From assembly GCF_964194155.1 (NCBI RefSeq), contig NC_135901.1, positions 21,080,001 to 21,144,000 on the forward strand: 64,000 bases of DNA, given 5' to 3'. This document shows, in pieces, positions 49,504 to 61,851 of the stretch. The DNA comes from Cetorhinus maximus. Taxonomy: Eukaryota. Position 1 is the stretch's first letter. Every line of letters begins with the position of its first letter. A program made the translations under genes and the position numbers. The notes beneath the pieces were generated by a model that did not search any database, was not told the DNA's origin, and saw nothing but the letters and a program-made list of their open reading frames with translations.

Positions 49504-49721
49504 AAACAAAAACAGAAAATTTTGGAAAACTCAGCATCTGTGGAGAGAAAGACAGAGTTAACGTTTCAAGTCCGTATGATTCGAAAGAAGACTGAAGAAG
49601 AGTCATACGGACTCGAAACATTAACTCTATTTCTCACTCCACAGTTGCTGTTAGACCTGCTGAGTTTTTCCAGCATCTTTTGTTTTTGTTTCAGATTTTC
49701 AGCATCCGCAGTATTTTGCTT
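49504..49721 (+). mobile_element. short fold-back Penelope 3'-end insertion with hammerhead core
   Basis: Perfect 15-bp TSD TTGTCTGGGAATTTG (49489-49503 and 49722-49736). Inverted arms. CTGAAGA-A-GAGTC-loop-GACTC-GAAA at 49592-49618. Confidence 0.88.
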
Positions 49722-50519
49722 TTGTCTGGGAATTTGTTTATTTTAAGGTTATCAGTCTCCATGGGGATCATAACAACAGAGATATATCTAGTGTTGTTAT
49801 GTGGTAGATATTAGATATATTGTTGGTTCTGTAATAAATTTCTTTTGATTGCTAGTACTTGTAGTACTTCTAGCACTATTTCTTGTAATATAGTGCTGTG
49901 GCTACGTTATATATTTCCAGTCATAGACTATTATGGCGCAGAAGGAATCCACTTGGAAACTCAGGCCCATGCTGACTCACTGTAGAGCAACACAGTCAGT
50001 CCCATTTCCTTCCATATCTCCATTCTGCTGCAAGTTTATTTCCTTCAAGTGTCCATCCAATTTTATTTTGAAATCATTGATCATCTCCACTTCCACCAGC
50101 CTCATAGGCAGCAAGTTTCAGGTCTTGGCTGCTCACTGACTAAGAAAAGCTCTTCTTCACAACCCACTTGTATCTCTAATTCAGTAATACAGTAACTGTA
50201 CAGTATTACACACATATTTAGTCCAATAAATATAAATAGAGGCTAGCAGCCTGCATGAAGTTTTTCAGGTCCTTTTGTCTTGGACAGGGAGCGATAAGCA
50301 TGGATCTGTTGATCAGCATGAATTGGCGCCTTTAGGAGAATTTGGAGGGTGTATATTAGGTACAGCAGAATGAAAATCGAGGGAACAGGGAGGGGGGGAA
50401 ACAGAGATTTACAGCTTTGGGGGAATGAGAGAAGAAAGAATTTTCCATTGAAACTAGAACCATCTGTTCTGAATTTCTATCCTGTACTGACAATGATGAC
50501 TTGTGTTAACTCCTTTCAC

Positions 50520-51572
50520 AGGTTATTAGAAGGGGAGGATTTGCAGACAGATATCTCAAAACAAATATCACCTTAAGATCTGACAAAGTTACTCGATTCA
50601 GTGGGGCCAAATATCATCGGTTTTTGAATCTGCAGGGACAAGTGTTTGTTCTGACTGCTTCAGAAGATTTTAGACATCAGTGTGAGCGTTCCAGTGCATT
50701 GACTGTGGAAAGAACTTTAACCAGTTACACAGCTTGAAAAAACATTGCTATTTACTGTGGGGAGAGACTGTACATGTGCTCTGTGTGAGGCTTCAGCTGA
50801 TCATGCAACCTGGAGAGACACAAGGACACCTGCACCATGGAGCAACCATGGACATGTGGGGTCTGTGGGAAGGGATTCAGATCGCCATCTGCACTGGAAT
50901 CTCATCGATGCATTCACACTGGGGAGAGGCCATTTACCTGCTCTGAGTGTTGCAAGGGTTTCATTCATTCATCGCACCTACTGAGACACCAGTGAGTTCA
51001 CACCGGGGAAAGGCCCTTCAGCTGCTCTGAGTGTGGGAAGGGCTTCAGTGATTCATCCAACCTGCTAACACAGCAGAGGCCGTTCACCTGCTCTGATTAT
51101 GGGAAGGGATTCACTCAGTTATCCCATTTTTTGACACATCACCGAGTTCACATTGGGGAGAAGCCGTTCACCTGCTGTGAGTGTGGGAAGGGATTTACCA
51201 CTTCACCTGAACTGCTGACACACCAGTGAGTTCACACTGGGGAGAGGCCGTTTACCTGCTCTGAGTGTGGGAAGGGTTTCACTCACTTAACCAACCTGTT
51301 GAGATACCAGCGAGTTCATACTGGGGAGAGGCCATTTGGCTGCTCTGAGTGTGGGAAAGCATTCATTGATTCGTCCAGCCTGCTGATACACCAGTGAGTT
51401 CACACTGGGGAGAGGCCGTTCATCTTCTCCGAGTGTGGGAAGGGATTCAGTCGGTCAACTTACCTGCAGAAACATCAGCGAGTTCACACTGGGAAAAGGC
51501 AATTCCCCTGCTCTGAGTGTGGAAAGGGATTCAGCGATTCATCCACCTTACTGAGACACCAGCAAGTTCACG
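50520..51572 (+). pseudogene. ZNF pseudogene (copy 10)
   Basis: ATG at 50837. Repeated CAG-TGA-GTT-CAC (probable CGA>TGA) stops and a deletion. The 3' flank is paralogous to 42450-43250. Confidence 0.9.
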
Positions 51573-53084
51573 ACAGTTGGTGAAGTGAGAGGGTCGGAGG
51601 GTTTCTTTCTGATAGACTGGCCGATCTCATGACTTTGCTTCCAGTGGGCTAATGCTCTTTGAGCCTGGGAGTGTGCATTCCTACAAAAATGATCCACAAT
51701 GGCTGATGAAGGACATTTATTATATCCTGGATAGTAAATAGTATTTTCCCTACCACTGCAGGTAGATCTCAATTAAATACATTTGTCTCTGTTCCATTGA
51801 GTCTGCAGCACAGGTCCAGGTCAGTTGGCTCAATAGGTCTATGTCAGTATTAATGCTCCACATGAGCCTCCACCCACCCTTCTTCCTCTCACCCCATCAG
51901 CATATCCTTCTATTCCTTTCTCCCTCTTGTATGTATCGAGCTTCCTTAAACGTATTCATGCTATCCACCTCAGCCGCTCACTGTGGTAGTCAGTTCCACA
52001 TTCTTATCACTCACTGGGTAAAGATGTTTCTCCAGAAATCCCTACTGGAATATTGAACCTGTTCATAATCTTAAAGACTTCCATCAGGTCTCTCTTCAGT
52101 AGAGCCGCAGGTTGTTCAAATTTTCCTGAAGGTTAAATGCTCTCACTTCTGGTTTTGTTCTTGTGAATCTTTGTTTGCACTTTCTCCAGTGCCTCTATGT
52201 CCCTTTTTTAAATGGAAATCAGAAATGTTGACCATGCTGGCCATCTAGTTCGAACATGGTTCTAAACAGAGGTCTCACATATAAATGGATTCTATGATTT
52301 AGAAAAGATATGAAGATTTATGAGAATAACACCAGGGATGAGGGACTTCAGCTGGTTGGAGTGGAGCAGCTGAAATTTCCCTCTTTAGATCACAGAGTCA
52401 TTAGGCCATGAAAGAGGCCATTTACCCCATCGAGTCAATGCCAGTTCCCAGCAGAGCATTGCCCCGTTCTATTCCCGTATCCCTGCATGTTTATTTTCCT
52501 CAAGTGCCCATCCAATTTCCTTATGAAATTGTTAATCTCCTCTGCTTCCATCATCCTCTTGGCATTATAGTTTTTTGGGGGGTCATTTAACCTCTAAATC
52601 TCCTCGCTCAATATTAATTTTTTTTGTTAACCATCCAGACTTAACTGTTCAAGTAATAGGGGACAATTTAGTGATGTAACTCAGGGAACATTTATTAAGC
52701 AACAAAAGTCATACTTAACAAAGCTAGGCAGTGACTTTACTGGCTCAATGCGATACTTGCTTCCCGATTCAGCCTCGGGTGTGAGCTGACACGGGGCCTT
52801 CACTCTCTTTCTCTCTCTTGCTCGACCCCTCTGGTCTTCTGCTTTGAGCTGACAGGCAGTTTTCACTTTCAAATTCAAAGCATCTGGCAGCTCAAAGCTG
52901 GTGATTTTTAACTCCTTTCAAACCACAAACCATGCACATGATCAGTGATGTTACTGATTCATGATTGAATAGTGTGGTGTGTGATCGGGCCCTGATTGGT
53001 TTAGCTGGTGCACGATCAGATTCTGATTGGTTTCTCGAGGGTGATGGTCATCTATTAATGTCATTTCCCATTGTGCCTTGACTA

Positions 53085-53620
53085 GCCCTCTGAGGTCATC
53101 ACATTACAGGGAAGACATAATTGCTCAGGAGAGAGCACAGAGGAGACTTACAAGAATGTTGCCACGGCTTGAAGATTGCAGCTATGAGAAGAGATTCGAT
53201 AGGCTAGGGTTGTTTTCCTTAGAACAAAGGAGGCTAAGGGGTGATCTATTTGAGGTGTACAAAATTATAAGGGGCCTAGATAGGGTAGACAGGAAATACT
53301 TGTTTCCCCTAGCAGGTCAATTACCAGGGGACTTAGATTTAAGGTGATTGGTAGGAGGAGCAGAGGGGACATGAGGAAAAACCTTTCTACTGAGAGGGTG
53401 GTGGGTGTCTGGACTTCACTGCCTAAATTGGTGGTTAACGCTGAAATGCTCAACTCATTTAAAAGGTACTTGGATCTGCATCTGAAGTGCTGTAACCTGC
53501 AAGCGACAGACCAGGTACTGGAAAATGAGATTAAAATGAACGGCTAGTTTTTTTTTCTCTTTTTGGCAGACATGATGGGCTGAATGGCCTCTTTCTGCAC
53601 CGTAACTTTTCTCTGGTTCT
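53085..53620 (+). mobile_element. CR1 3' fragment
   Basis: ERAQRRLTRMLP, LFSLEQRRLRGDL and 3' UTR. Confidence 0.88.
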
Positions 53621-53994
53621 AGGTGTCAATTACTCGTGGGACCATCACTTTCATTATAAAGTTTCTGTCATTTCATTAAAAGTTATGACTTTCTTCTAAA
53701 ATGACAGGGGACTTCGGATGGTTTTGATGTCTGCTTATTTGAGATAATAGAGCATATGATGTCTAGTAACACAGGACTCATCAGTCTAGATGTCTAATTA
53801 ATCTATAGGTATTGATATCATATGTACTATAGAAGTCTCATTAGGATAGGTGCTTATCAGCATGTTATTGGTTGAAAGAACTGCTTTGCCATCATGTTTT
53901 TGTTGTATCTGAACGTCCTTGGTATAAATTAATTAAAAATGCAGAATCGTTCATAGACTTACAAAAATTACAAAGTTACAGAAATTACACAGTC

Positions 53995-54110
53995 TATATA
54001 AAATACCGATAAAATCAGTGCTTGAAAGTGATCTATATCAAATATATATAAAATCAGTCTTTGAAAGTGATTTATATAAAATACATATAAAATGAGTGCT
54101 TGAAAGTGAT
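53995..54110. repeat. 39-bp tandem repeat, about 3 copies
   Basis: AAAAT(C/G)AGT(GC/CT)TTGAAAGTGAT starts at 54011, 54050 and 54089. Confidence 0.85.
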
Positions 54111-54510
54111 TGGTGTGCTAAAGCTAAGGCAACAAGATTCACTTAAAAATATAACATGATACATTCCTAAGTAATAAAAATCAAGAGAACTTCAGAGATA
54201 TAAAGGCTAATTACAGAACTTAATTCTAAACTTACAGATTCAAAGATGAAGGAAAGTGACTGCTTCTTTTATAACATCATAAGTTAAACTACACTAATTT
54301 AATGCACAGGATGAATATTTTATCACCTGTTTTTCTTTGCATAATAAGTCTTTGAATCTGAGGGGAAATACAACTGGCCGAGCCTCTGAAAACCTGATTA
54401 AGCTAGTAATCTAATTAACTAGTTGCAGTTGCAAGCAGAGCCTGTATGAACCCTATTTTAAGGCTGGACTAAAACTCACCTTCTTCCAACCCTAACAGCA
54501 ACTTTTAGTT

Positions 54511-54706
54511 TAGTTAGGAGGTGAAACATGTTATATTTCACCTCTCTCCTAACTATACTTCAGTTCTGTTGAAGGGTCATGTTGGACTCGAAACGTCAAC
54601 TCTTTTCTTCTCCACCGATGCTGCCAGACCTGCTGAGTTTTTCCAGGTAATTCTGTTTTTGTTTTGGATTTCCAGCATCCGCAGTAGCTTTTAGCTTTTT
54701 GTTTTT
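54511..54706 (+). mobile_element. short Penelope 3'-end insertion with 5' hairpin and minimal hammerhead
   Basis: 14-bp TSD AGCAACTTTTAGTT (54497-54510 and 54707-54720). The tail matches the reverse complement of 5530-5560. Confidence 0.88.
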
Positions 54707-55310
54707 AGCAACTTTTAGTTAATTGCTAAATTAAAGAAAGATTAGACTTTAAATATAATTTAACCCTTAAACTCCCTCAGTCACTAAACTCCAATTTAAT
54801 CACTCTACTACAGACAAATTCCCTGCTGTCTGTCCTGAATGAATCCATCTCATTAACAAATGTTGAGATTCAGGGACAGACTCAGTGCTCCAGACCCTTT
54901 TCCTTATTCCTGATGGTCTGAAGCTCACCTCAGTCCCCATGGCCGGGTTCATGGTGAAACTGATGGTCCTGAGCTGCCTTTAAAAAAATAATCAGCAATC
55001 CAACTCATTGGTTACAATATTTAATAGAACAAAATTGATCAAAGATTCAAGTAAAATATTCTCCAAGGTTTTCTGACATGGTGCAGTGATTGTTTCTGAT
55101 GGTTTAATGGTGGTCACCATTACCTGGTGCAGCTCGGGCTTAGTTTATACCAATTCCTGTCCAATACTGAGACACTTTACCCCACCCTGATTCTCCATCC
55201 CAGAGAAAACTCAGTTACTGACCTGAGATTAGGACCTTTAATGGTGACTCTGGCAACCCAGCATTCATCATGAGGCAGGATCAACCCTATCTAATAAACC
55301 ACAGAGCTCA

Positions 55311-55404
55311 ATATAAAACAGTGAACATTATCCCCCAGACCCAAATATAAAACATTGAACATTATACCCCAGACCTGAATATAAAACAGTGAACATTATC
55401 CTCC
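55311..55404. repeat. 34-bp tandem repeat, about 2.8 copies
   Basis: ATATAAAACA(G/T)TGAACATTAT at 55311, 55345 and 55379. Confidence 0.85.
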
Positions 55405-55811
55405 TGGATGCGGGAGCTGTGCTGATGGATTCAGACTGCGACAGTCCAATGTTCCAGTCGGGTTCGTTCCAGGAACCAGATTTAAGGGGCTGGATCATTG
55501 CATATGAGGGTCTCCCCCTTCAAACTCGGCTCCTGTGAGGAACCGCACCAATGCGGCTCGGGAATGCTACAACCAGAGTCACATGACCACCAGGTGTGTC
55601 ATCGAGCAAAGCATCACAATGTTTCGGTGTGAAATGGCTTGTTTAACCTGTTGTCCAAACTTCTGAGAAAATTTACCATTCCAGGGTAGTTTGAGGTAGA
55701 CCAGGTACTTCTCAGGTCTGAAAGTAGTGGCCAATGGCCCATTTACAAATTTGCACAATACACAGCAAGCAAAGCTACTGTGTTGTGGTTATGCAAGTGT
55801 TTTCCATGAGA

Positions 55812-58800
55812 AGCATAGAAACGAGGATCAGGAGTAGGCCATTTGGCCCTTTGAGCCTGTACCGCCATTCATTATGATCATTGCTGATCATCCAACTCAA
55901 TAGCCTGCTCCCGCTTTCTTCCCATACCCTTTGATCCCTTTCGCCCCAAGAGGTATATCTAACTCCTTCTAGAAAACATACAATGTTTTGGCCTCAACAA
56001 CTTTCTGTGGTAGCGAATTCCACAGGCTCACCAGTCTGGGTGAAAAAATTTCTCATCTCAGTCCTAAATGGTCTACCCTATATCCTCAGACTGTGACCCC
56101 TGGTTCTGGACTCCCCTACCATCGGGAACATCCTTTTTGCATCTACCCTGTCTAGTCCTGTTAGACTTTATAGGTTTCTATGAGATCACCTTTCATTCTT
56201 TTGAACTCCAGCGAATATAATCCTAACCTATTTAATCTCTCCTCATATGTCAGTCCCACCATACCAGGAATCAGTCTGGTAAACATTCGCTGCACTCCCT
56301 CTATTGCAAGAACATCCTTCCTCAGATAAGGAGACCAAAACTGCACACAATATTCCAGGTGTGGTCTCACCAAGGCCCTGTATAATTGCAGCAAGGCATC
56401 CCTGCTCCTGTACTCGAATCCTCTCGCTATGAAGGCCAACATACCATTTGCCTTCTTTACCGCCTGCTGCACCTGCATGCTTACCTTCAGCGACTGGTGT
56501 ACAAGGACACCCAGATCTCGTTATACATTCCCCTCTCTCAATTTATAGCCATTCAGATAATAATCTGCCTTCCTGTTATTGCTACCAAAATGGATAACCT
56601 CACATTTATCCATATTATATTGCATCTGCCATGCATTTGTCCACTCACTCAGCCTGTCCAAATCACATTGAAGCATCTCTGCATCCTCCTCACAGCTCCC
56701 CCTCCTACCCAGCTTTGTGTCATCTGCAAATTTGGAGATATTACATTTAGTTCCCTCATCTAAATCATTAATATATATATTGTGAAAAGCTGGGATCCCA
56801 GCACCGATCCCCGCAGTACCCCACTGGTCACTGCCTGCCATTCAGAAAAAGACCAGTTTATTCCTACTCTTTGTTTCCTGTCTGCCAACAGTTTTCTATC
56901 CATCTCAATACACTGCCCCCAATCCCATGTGCTTTAATTTTACACGCTAATCTCTTATGTGGGAGTTTGTCGAAAGCCTTCTGAAAGTCCAAATAAACCA
57001 CATCCAATGTCTCCCCCTCACCAACTCTACGAGTTACATCCTCGAAAAACTCCAGTAGATTTGTCAAGCATGACTTCTCTTTCGTACATCCATGCTGACT
57101 CTGTCCGATGCTGCCACTGTTTTCCACGTACTCAGCTATTAAATCTCATAATGGGCTCTAGAACTTTCCCCACTACCGACGTCAGGCTGACTGGTCTATA
57201 ATTCACTGTTTTCTCTCTACCTCCCTTTTTAAATAGTGGGGTTAAATTAGCTACCCTCCAATCTGCAGGAACTGTTCCAGACTCTCTAGAATCTTGGAAG
57301 ATGACCACCAATGCATCCACTATTTCTAGGGCCACTTATTTAAGTACCCTGGGATGTAGATTATCTGGCCCTGGGGATTTATCGGCTTTCAATCCCATCA
57401 ATTTCTCCAACACCATTTCCCTACTCATACTGATTTTTTTCAGTTCCTCCCTCACACTAAACCCTGTGTTCCCCAAAATTTCTGGTATGTTATTTGTGTC
57501 CTCCTTTGTGAAGACAGAACCAAAGTATTTATTTAGTTGGTCAGCCATTTCTTTGTTCCCCATTATAAATTCCCCTGTTTCTGACTGTAAGGGACTACAT
57601 TTGTCTTCACCAATCTTTTTCTCTTCACATACCTATAGAAACTTTTACAGTCAGTTTTTATGTTCCCCGCAAGCTTACTCTCGTACTCTATTTTCCCCTT
57701 CTTAATCATCCCTTGGTCCTCCTTTGCTGAATTCTAAAGTGCACCCAATCCTCAGGTTTGTTGTTTTTTCGGGCCAATTTGTATGCCTCTTTCTTGCATC
57801 TAATACTATCTCTAATTTCCCTTGTAAGCCATGGTTTGGCCACGTTTCCTGTTTTACTTTTGCGCCAGACAGGAATAAACAATTAGATAAAAGCAAAATA
57901 CTGCGAATGCTGGAAATCTACGCTCTTTGAATGTTTGCCATTGCCTATCCACCATCATCCCTTTAAGTAACGTTTCCCAATCCATCATTGCCAACTCGCA
58001 TCTCATACCATTGTAGTTTCCTTTGTTAAGATTCTGGACCCTAGTCTCAGAATCAACTATGTCACTCTCCATCTTGATGAAGAATTCTATTATATTACGG
58101 CCGCTCATCCCCAAGAGGCCTTGTACAACTAGATTGCTAATTATTCCTTTCTCATTACAATACCCAGTCAAGGATGGCCTGTTCTCTAGTTGGTTCCTCA
58201 ACGTATTAGTCCAGAAAACCATCCCGTATACACTCCAGGAATTCCTCCTCTACAGTATTGTTACTAATTTGATTTGCCCAATCTATATGCAGATTAAAGT
58301 CACCCATAATTACAGATGTTCCTTTGTTGCATGCGTCTCTAATTTCCTGTTTAATGCCATTCCCAACTGTAATTGCCATTACAGTTTGGGGGTCTATATA
58401 CAACCCCCACTAACGTTTTTTGCCCCTTGGTGTTTCTCAGCTCTACCCATACAGATTCCACATCATCAGAGCTAATATATTTCCTCACTATTGCGTTCAT
58501 TTCCTCTTTAACCAGCATTGCGACTCCACTGCCTATTCCTTTTTGTTTGACCTTCCTAAACTGAATACCCCTGGATGTTCAGTTCCCATCCCTGGTCACC
58601 CTGCAGCCATGTCTCCGTAATCCCAACTATATCATACCTTTTTACATCTATTTGCGTGGTTAATTCATCCACTTTATTGCGAATGCTCCTCGCGTTAAGG
58701 CACAAAGCCTTAAGACTTGTCTTTTTAACGTTACTTGTCCCGTTCCCACTATTTTTCACTGAGGCCCGCTTTGATTCTTGCCCTTGATTTCTCTGCCTAT

Positions 58801-59105
58801 CACTTTTCTTATTCCCCTTTCTGTATTTTGTTCTTGTCCTTGATTCCTCCTCCTCTGGCTGCTTGCATAGGTTCCCATTCCCCTTGCCATTGTAGTTTAA
58901 ACCCTCCCCAACCACTCAAGCAAATATTCCCCCTAGGACATCAGTCCCGATCCTGCCCAGGTGTAACCTGTCTAATTTGTACTGGTCTCACCTCCCCCAG
59001 AATCAGTTCCAATGTCCCAGGAATCTGAAACCCTCCCCCTCACATCATCTCTTCAGCCATGTATTAATCCGATATATCCTGCTATTTCTACTCTGACTAG
59101 CACTA
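55812..59105 (-). mobile_element. CR1 LINE, about 3.3 kb: end of ORF1 esterase, APE endonuclease, RT, 3' UTR
   Basis: LCLNARSIRNK, VGITETWL, IMGDFN, KSPGPDNLHPRVLK, SKFADDTKLG and LVRPHLEYCVQFW; multiple frameshifts. Confidence 0.95.
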
Positions 59106-59109
59106 ACAG

Positions 59110-59730
59110 GATGTGGGCATCAGTCCAAAAAGAGGTTCTACCAACTACATAACTGAGCAATATTGTGTATGAATTTCAGTGCCAGTGCAGTGCCAGGTAT
59201 GAAGGACGTACATCCCAGTGATTGACTGATTGAATCAAACAGCATGTTCCTTCGCTTCTCCCTAATAGGTAGAGTACCAGCCCGCGCTTGCAAAACCAAA
59301 AACACGTCTACTGTTAGATGCAATTCCACCATTGAACAACACCTGCTGAACAATCCAGAGTGTGCTAATAGCTACACTAACAACCAATTTAAGGTAATCA
59401 GTCAATCTTGTAACATGGCTCATTTCTGTTTTCTAGAAGTGACATACATTCATATGCAGTGACCCACTCCCTACAAACCAAAGGAATGTTTTCATGCCTT
59501 GCACCTTTTTTGAATAACCCAGAAGTTTGGGAACCTATAGATTCATGTTGATTTCCCCATGGCAACGCCTCAGCCAATCATAGTTCACTTGCCAACCAAT
59601 CAGCACCGGTTTCCCCTGTAGTAGATGTTGTTGTGATCATTTGAAATTTGGCATTCTTGTGTTTGTCCTGATCAGTACAAGATGAAAACCTTCGGCAACA
59701 TGTCTCCCTTTTCAGAAATATTTAAGTTTT
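59110..59730 (+). mobile_element. second Penelope-like family, GIY-YIG 3' fragment
   Basis: SNIVYEFQCQCSARYEGRTSQ and STIEQHLLNNPEC; degenerate hammerhead CTGATCAGT..GATGAAA at about 59668. Confidence 0.75.
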
Positions 59731-60099
59731 GCACTACCAAAGAACTGTATGTTGTTTTATGTTCCTTGATAACTTAATATCATAATGGGGGTGTCACTGA
59801 GAAGAATGTGTAAGTCAGTAAGAATCGTCAGTAAGGATTAATCAGCACTTTCGAATTGGAGATGTTAATCAGTGGAACTTTTCAGACACTGAATTGTAGA
59901 TTTTGTACCAAAAATCAATTTAGGATTGAAGTAAAAGTTCCAGTTGAGAGTCCTTGAATTAAAACAAAATATCACAGGTGGTGCTTTTGAAAAGGGGCAT
60001 CACAGCCCTGAAAATCAGCAACAGGTCCAGAATATTAAACTCCAGCTAATTATAGGGGTTGTTAACATCAGCAGAAACAAACCTAATATTGTCAGACTA

Positions 60100-61092
60100 T
60101 CAGTCCTGGGTGTTATTTACAGGAGCAATAACACCAGAATCCAACCCCTGCAGACACTTGTGAACTCGCTGGTGTGTTAGCAGGTGGGATGACCGAGTGT
60201 ATCCCTTCCCACACTCAGAGCAGGTGAACGGCCTCTCCCCAGTGTGAGTGAGTTTGTGTAAATGCAGGCTGCCAGACTGAGTGAATCCCTTCCCACACAC
60301 AGAGCAGGTGAATGGTCTCTCCCCAGTGTGAGTGCTTTGGTGAGCAGTGAGAATTGATAACTGCCTGAAACTCTTTCCACAGTGAGTACAGCTGAATGGC
60401 TTATCCTCAGTGTGAATTCGCTGGTGTGACAGAAGGCTGGATGAATTTGTGAAATCCTTCCCACACATAGAGCAGGTGAATGGCCTCTCCCCCGTGTGAA
60501 CTCGCTTGTGTGCATTGAGGTTGGATGAAGACCTGAATCTCTTTCCACAGTAAGTGCAGCTGAATGGTCTCTCCTCAGTGTGAACTCGCTGGTGTGACAA
60601 CAGGTTAGATGAAAGAGTAAATCCCTTCCCACACACAGAACAGGTGAATGACTTCTCCCCTGCGTGAATTCGCTGGTGTGACCAAAGACCGGATGGCCCA
60701 GTGAAATCCTTCCCACACAAGGAGCAGGTGAATGGCCTCTCCCCTGTATGAACTCGCTGATGTGCGTTGAGGTTAGATGAACACGAGAACTTCTTTTCAC
60801 AGTAAGTGCAGCTGAAAGGTCTCTCCTCAGTGTGAATACTTTGGTGTGACAGCAGGTGGGATGACAAAGTGAATCCCTTCCCACACTCAGAGCAGGTGAA
60901 TGACTTCTCCCCAGTGTGACTGCGTCGATGGATTTCCAGCAGGTATGGATAATTGAATCCTTTCCCACATTCCTCACATTTCCACGGTTTCTCCAGGGTG
61001 CCAGCCCCAATGTGATTGCGTTTATGGATTTCCAGTCGGGATGGATAATTGAATCCTTTCCCACAGTCCCCACATTTCCATGGTTTCTCCAT
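60100..61092 (-). CDS. C2H2 zinc-finger protein, 11 fingers (ZNF copy 11)
   Basis: Kozak CACCATGG at 61092; 11 intact fingers; C-terminal tail CLQGLDSGVIAPVNNTQD*. Confidence 0.9.
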   Translation of the reverse strand: MEKPWKCGDCGKGFNYPSRLEIHKRNHIGAGTLEKPWKCEECGKGFNYPYLLEIHRRSHTGEKSFTCSECGKGFTLSSHLLSHQSIHTEERPFSCTYCEKKFSCSSNLNAHQRVHTGERPFTCSLCGKDFTGPSGLWSHQRIHAGEKSFTCSVCGKGFTLSSNLLSHQRVHTEERPFSCTYCGKRFRSSSNLNAHKRVHTGERPFTCSMCGKDFTNSSSLLSHQRIHTEDKPFSCTHCGKSFRQLSILTAHQSTHTGERPFTCSVCGKGFTQSGSLHLHKLTHTGERPFTCSECGKGYTRSSHLLTHQRVHKCLQGLDSGVIAPVNNTQD

Positions 61093-61851
61093 GGTGCCGG
61101 TGCTCTTGTGTCTCTCCAGGTTGGACAATCAGTTGAAGCCTCGCCCACAGACAGAACACATGTACGGTTTCTCCCCACTGTGAATGGTGTGATGTTTTTT
61201 CAGGCAGGATAACTGGTTAAAGCTCTTTCCACAGTCAGTGCCTGGAACACTCTCACTCAGGTATATGTGTGTCTCTTGGTGCTTTTTTACTCGTACTGAA
61301 TTTTGAAATCTTCTTCCAAAGACAGAACAGGGTAACATTTCTCTTTCCACAGTCAAAAGCCAATGATATTTAGGTCATGATGAAGCATGTGGCTCTGTCA
61401 GATCTTGACGTGAAGTTTAGTTTGAGTTTCCTGCCTGTAAATCTTCCTCTTCAAAAACCCTGGAAAAGGAATTCACAAAATTAATTCAGAACAGACAATT
61501 CTACTTTGTATGGAAGATTTTTCCTCTCATTTACCCAAAAGCTGTAAATCCTCGTCCCACACACTCTCCCTCCTCCCTGGGCTGAAATCCAAACTCATCG
61601 CACCATCTCCACCATTTCATGGCTGCACTCCCAGTCTCCACACCCCCTGATCCCCACTCTGGCTGAGTTCAGTTTGCCAGCCCGTATGTAGAGGGAGAGT
61701 CAAATCAAGAGTCAATAATTTTCTCTCCTAGTCACAGGACCCCAAAGTCCCACCCATTCTGTGTTGCATTACCACATTGGCCACACATGTACTCTGCTTG
61801 CCGCTGAAACATGACGACCGCCAACATGAGCCTGTTCCCTAAAAAGGCTGC

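Noticed and set aside
55450-55480. Possible tRNA primer-binding site TGGTTCCTGG on the minus strand
   Set aside because: Weak match, not preceded by an LTR-terminal CA, and no gag found.
57888-57919. About 30-bp Penelope tail inside the CR1
   Set aside because: Real but trivial nested fragment, with no TSD discernible.
60177-61178. 333-aa alternative-frame ORF overlapping ZNF copy 11 (also GRDSL-type ORFs at 8932-9498, 46752-47165 and elsewhere)
   Set aside because: Shifted frames of repetitive C2H2 codons are often stop-poor; there is no independent evidence of a product.
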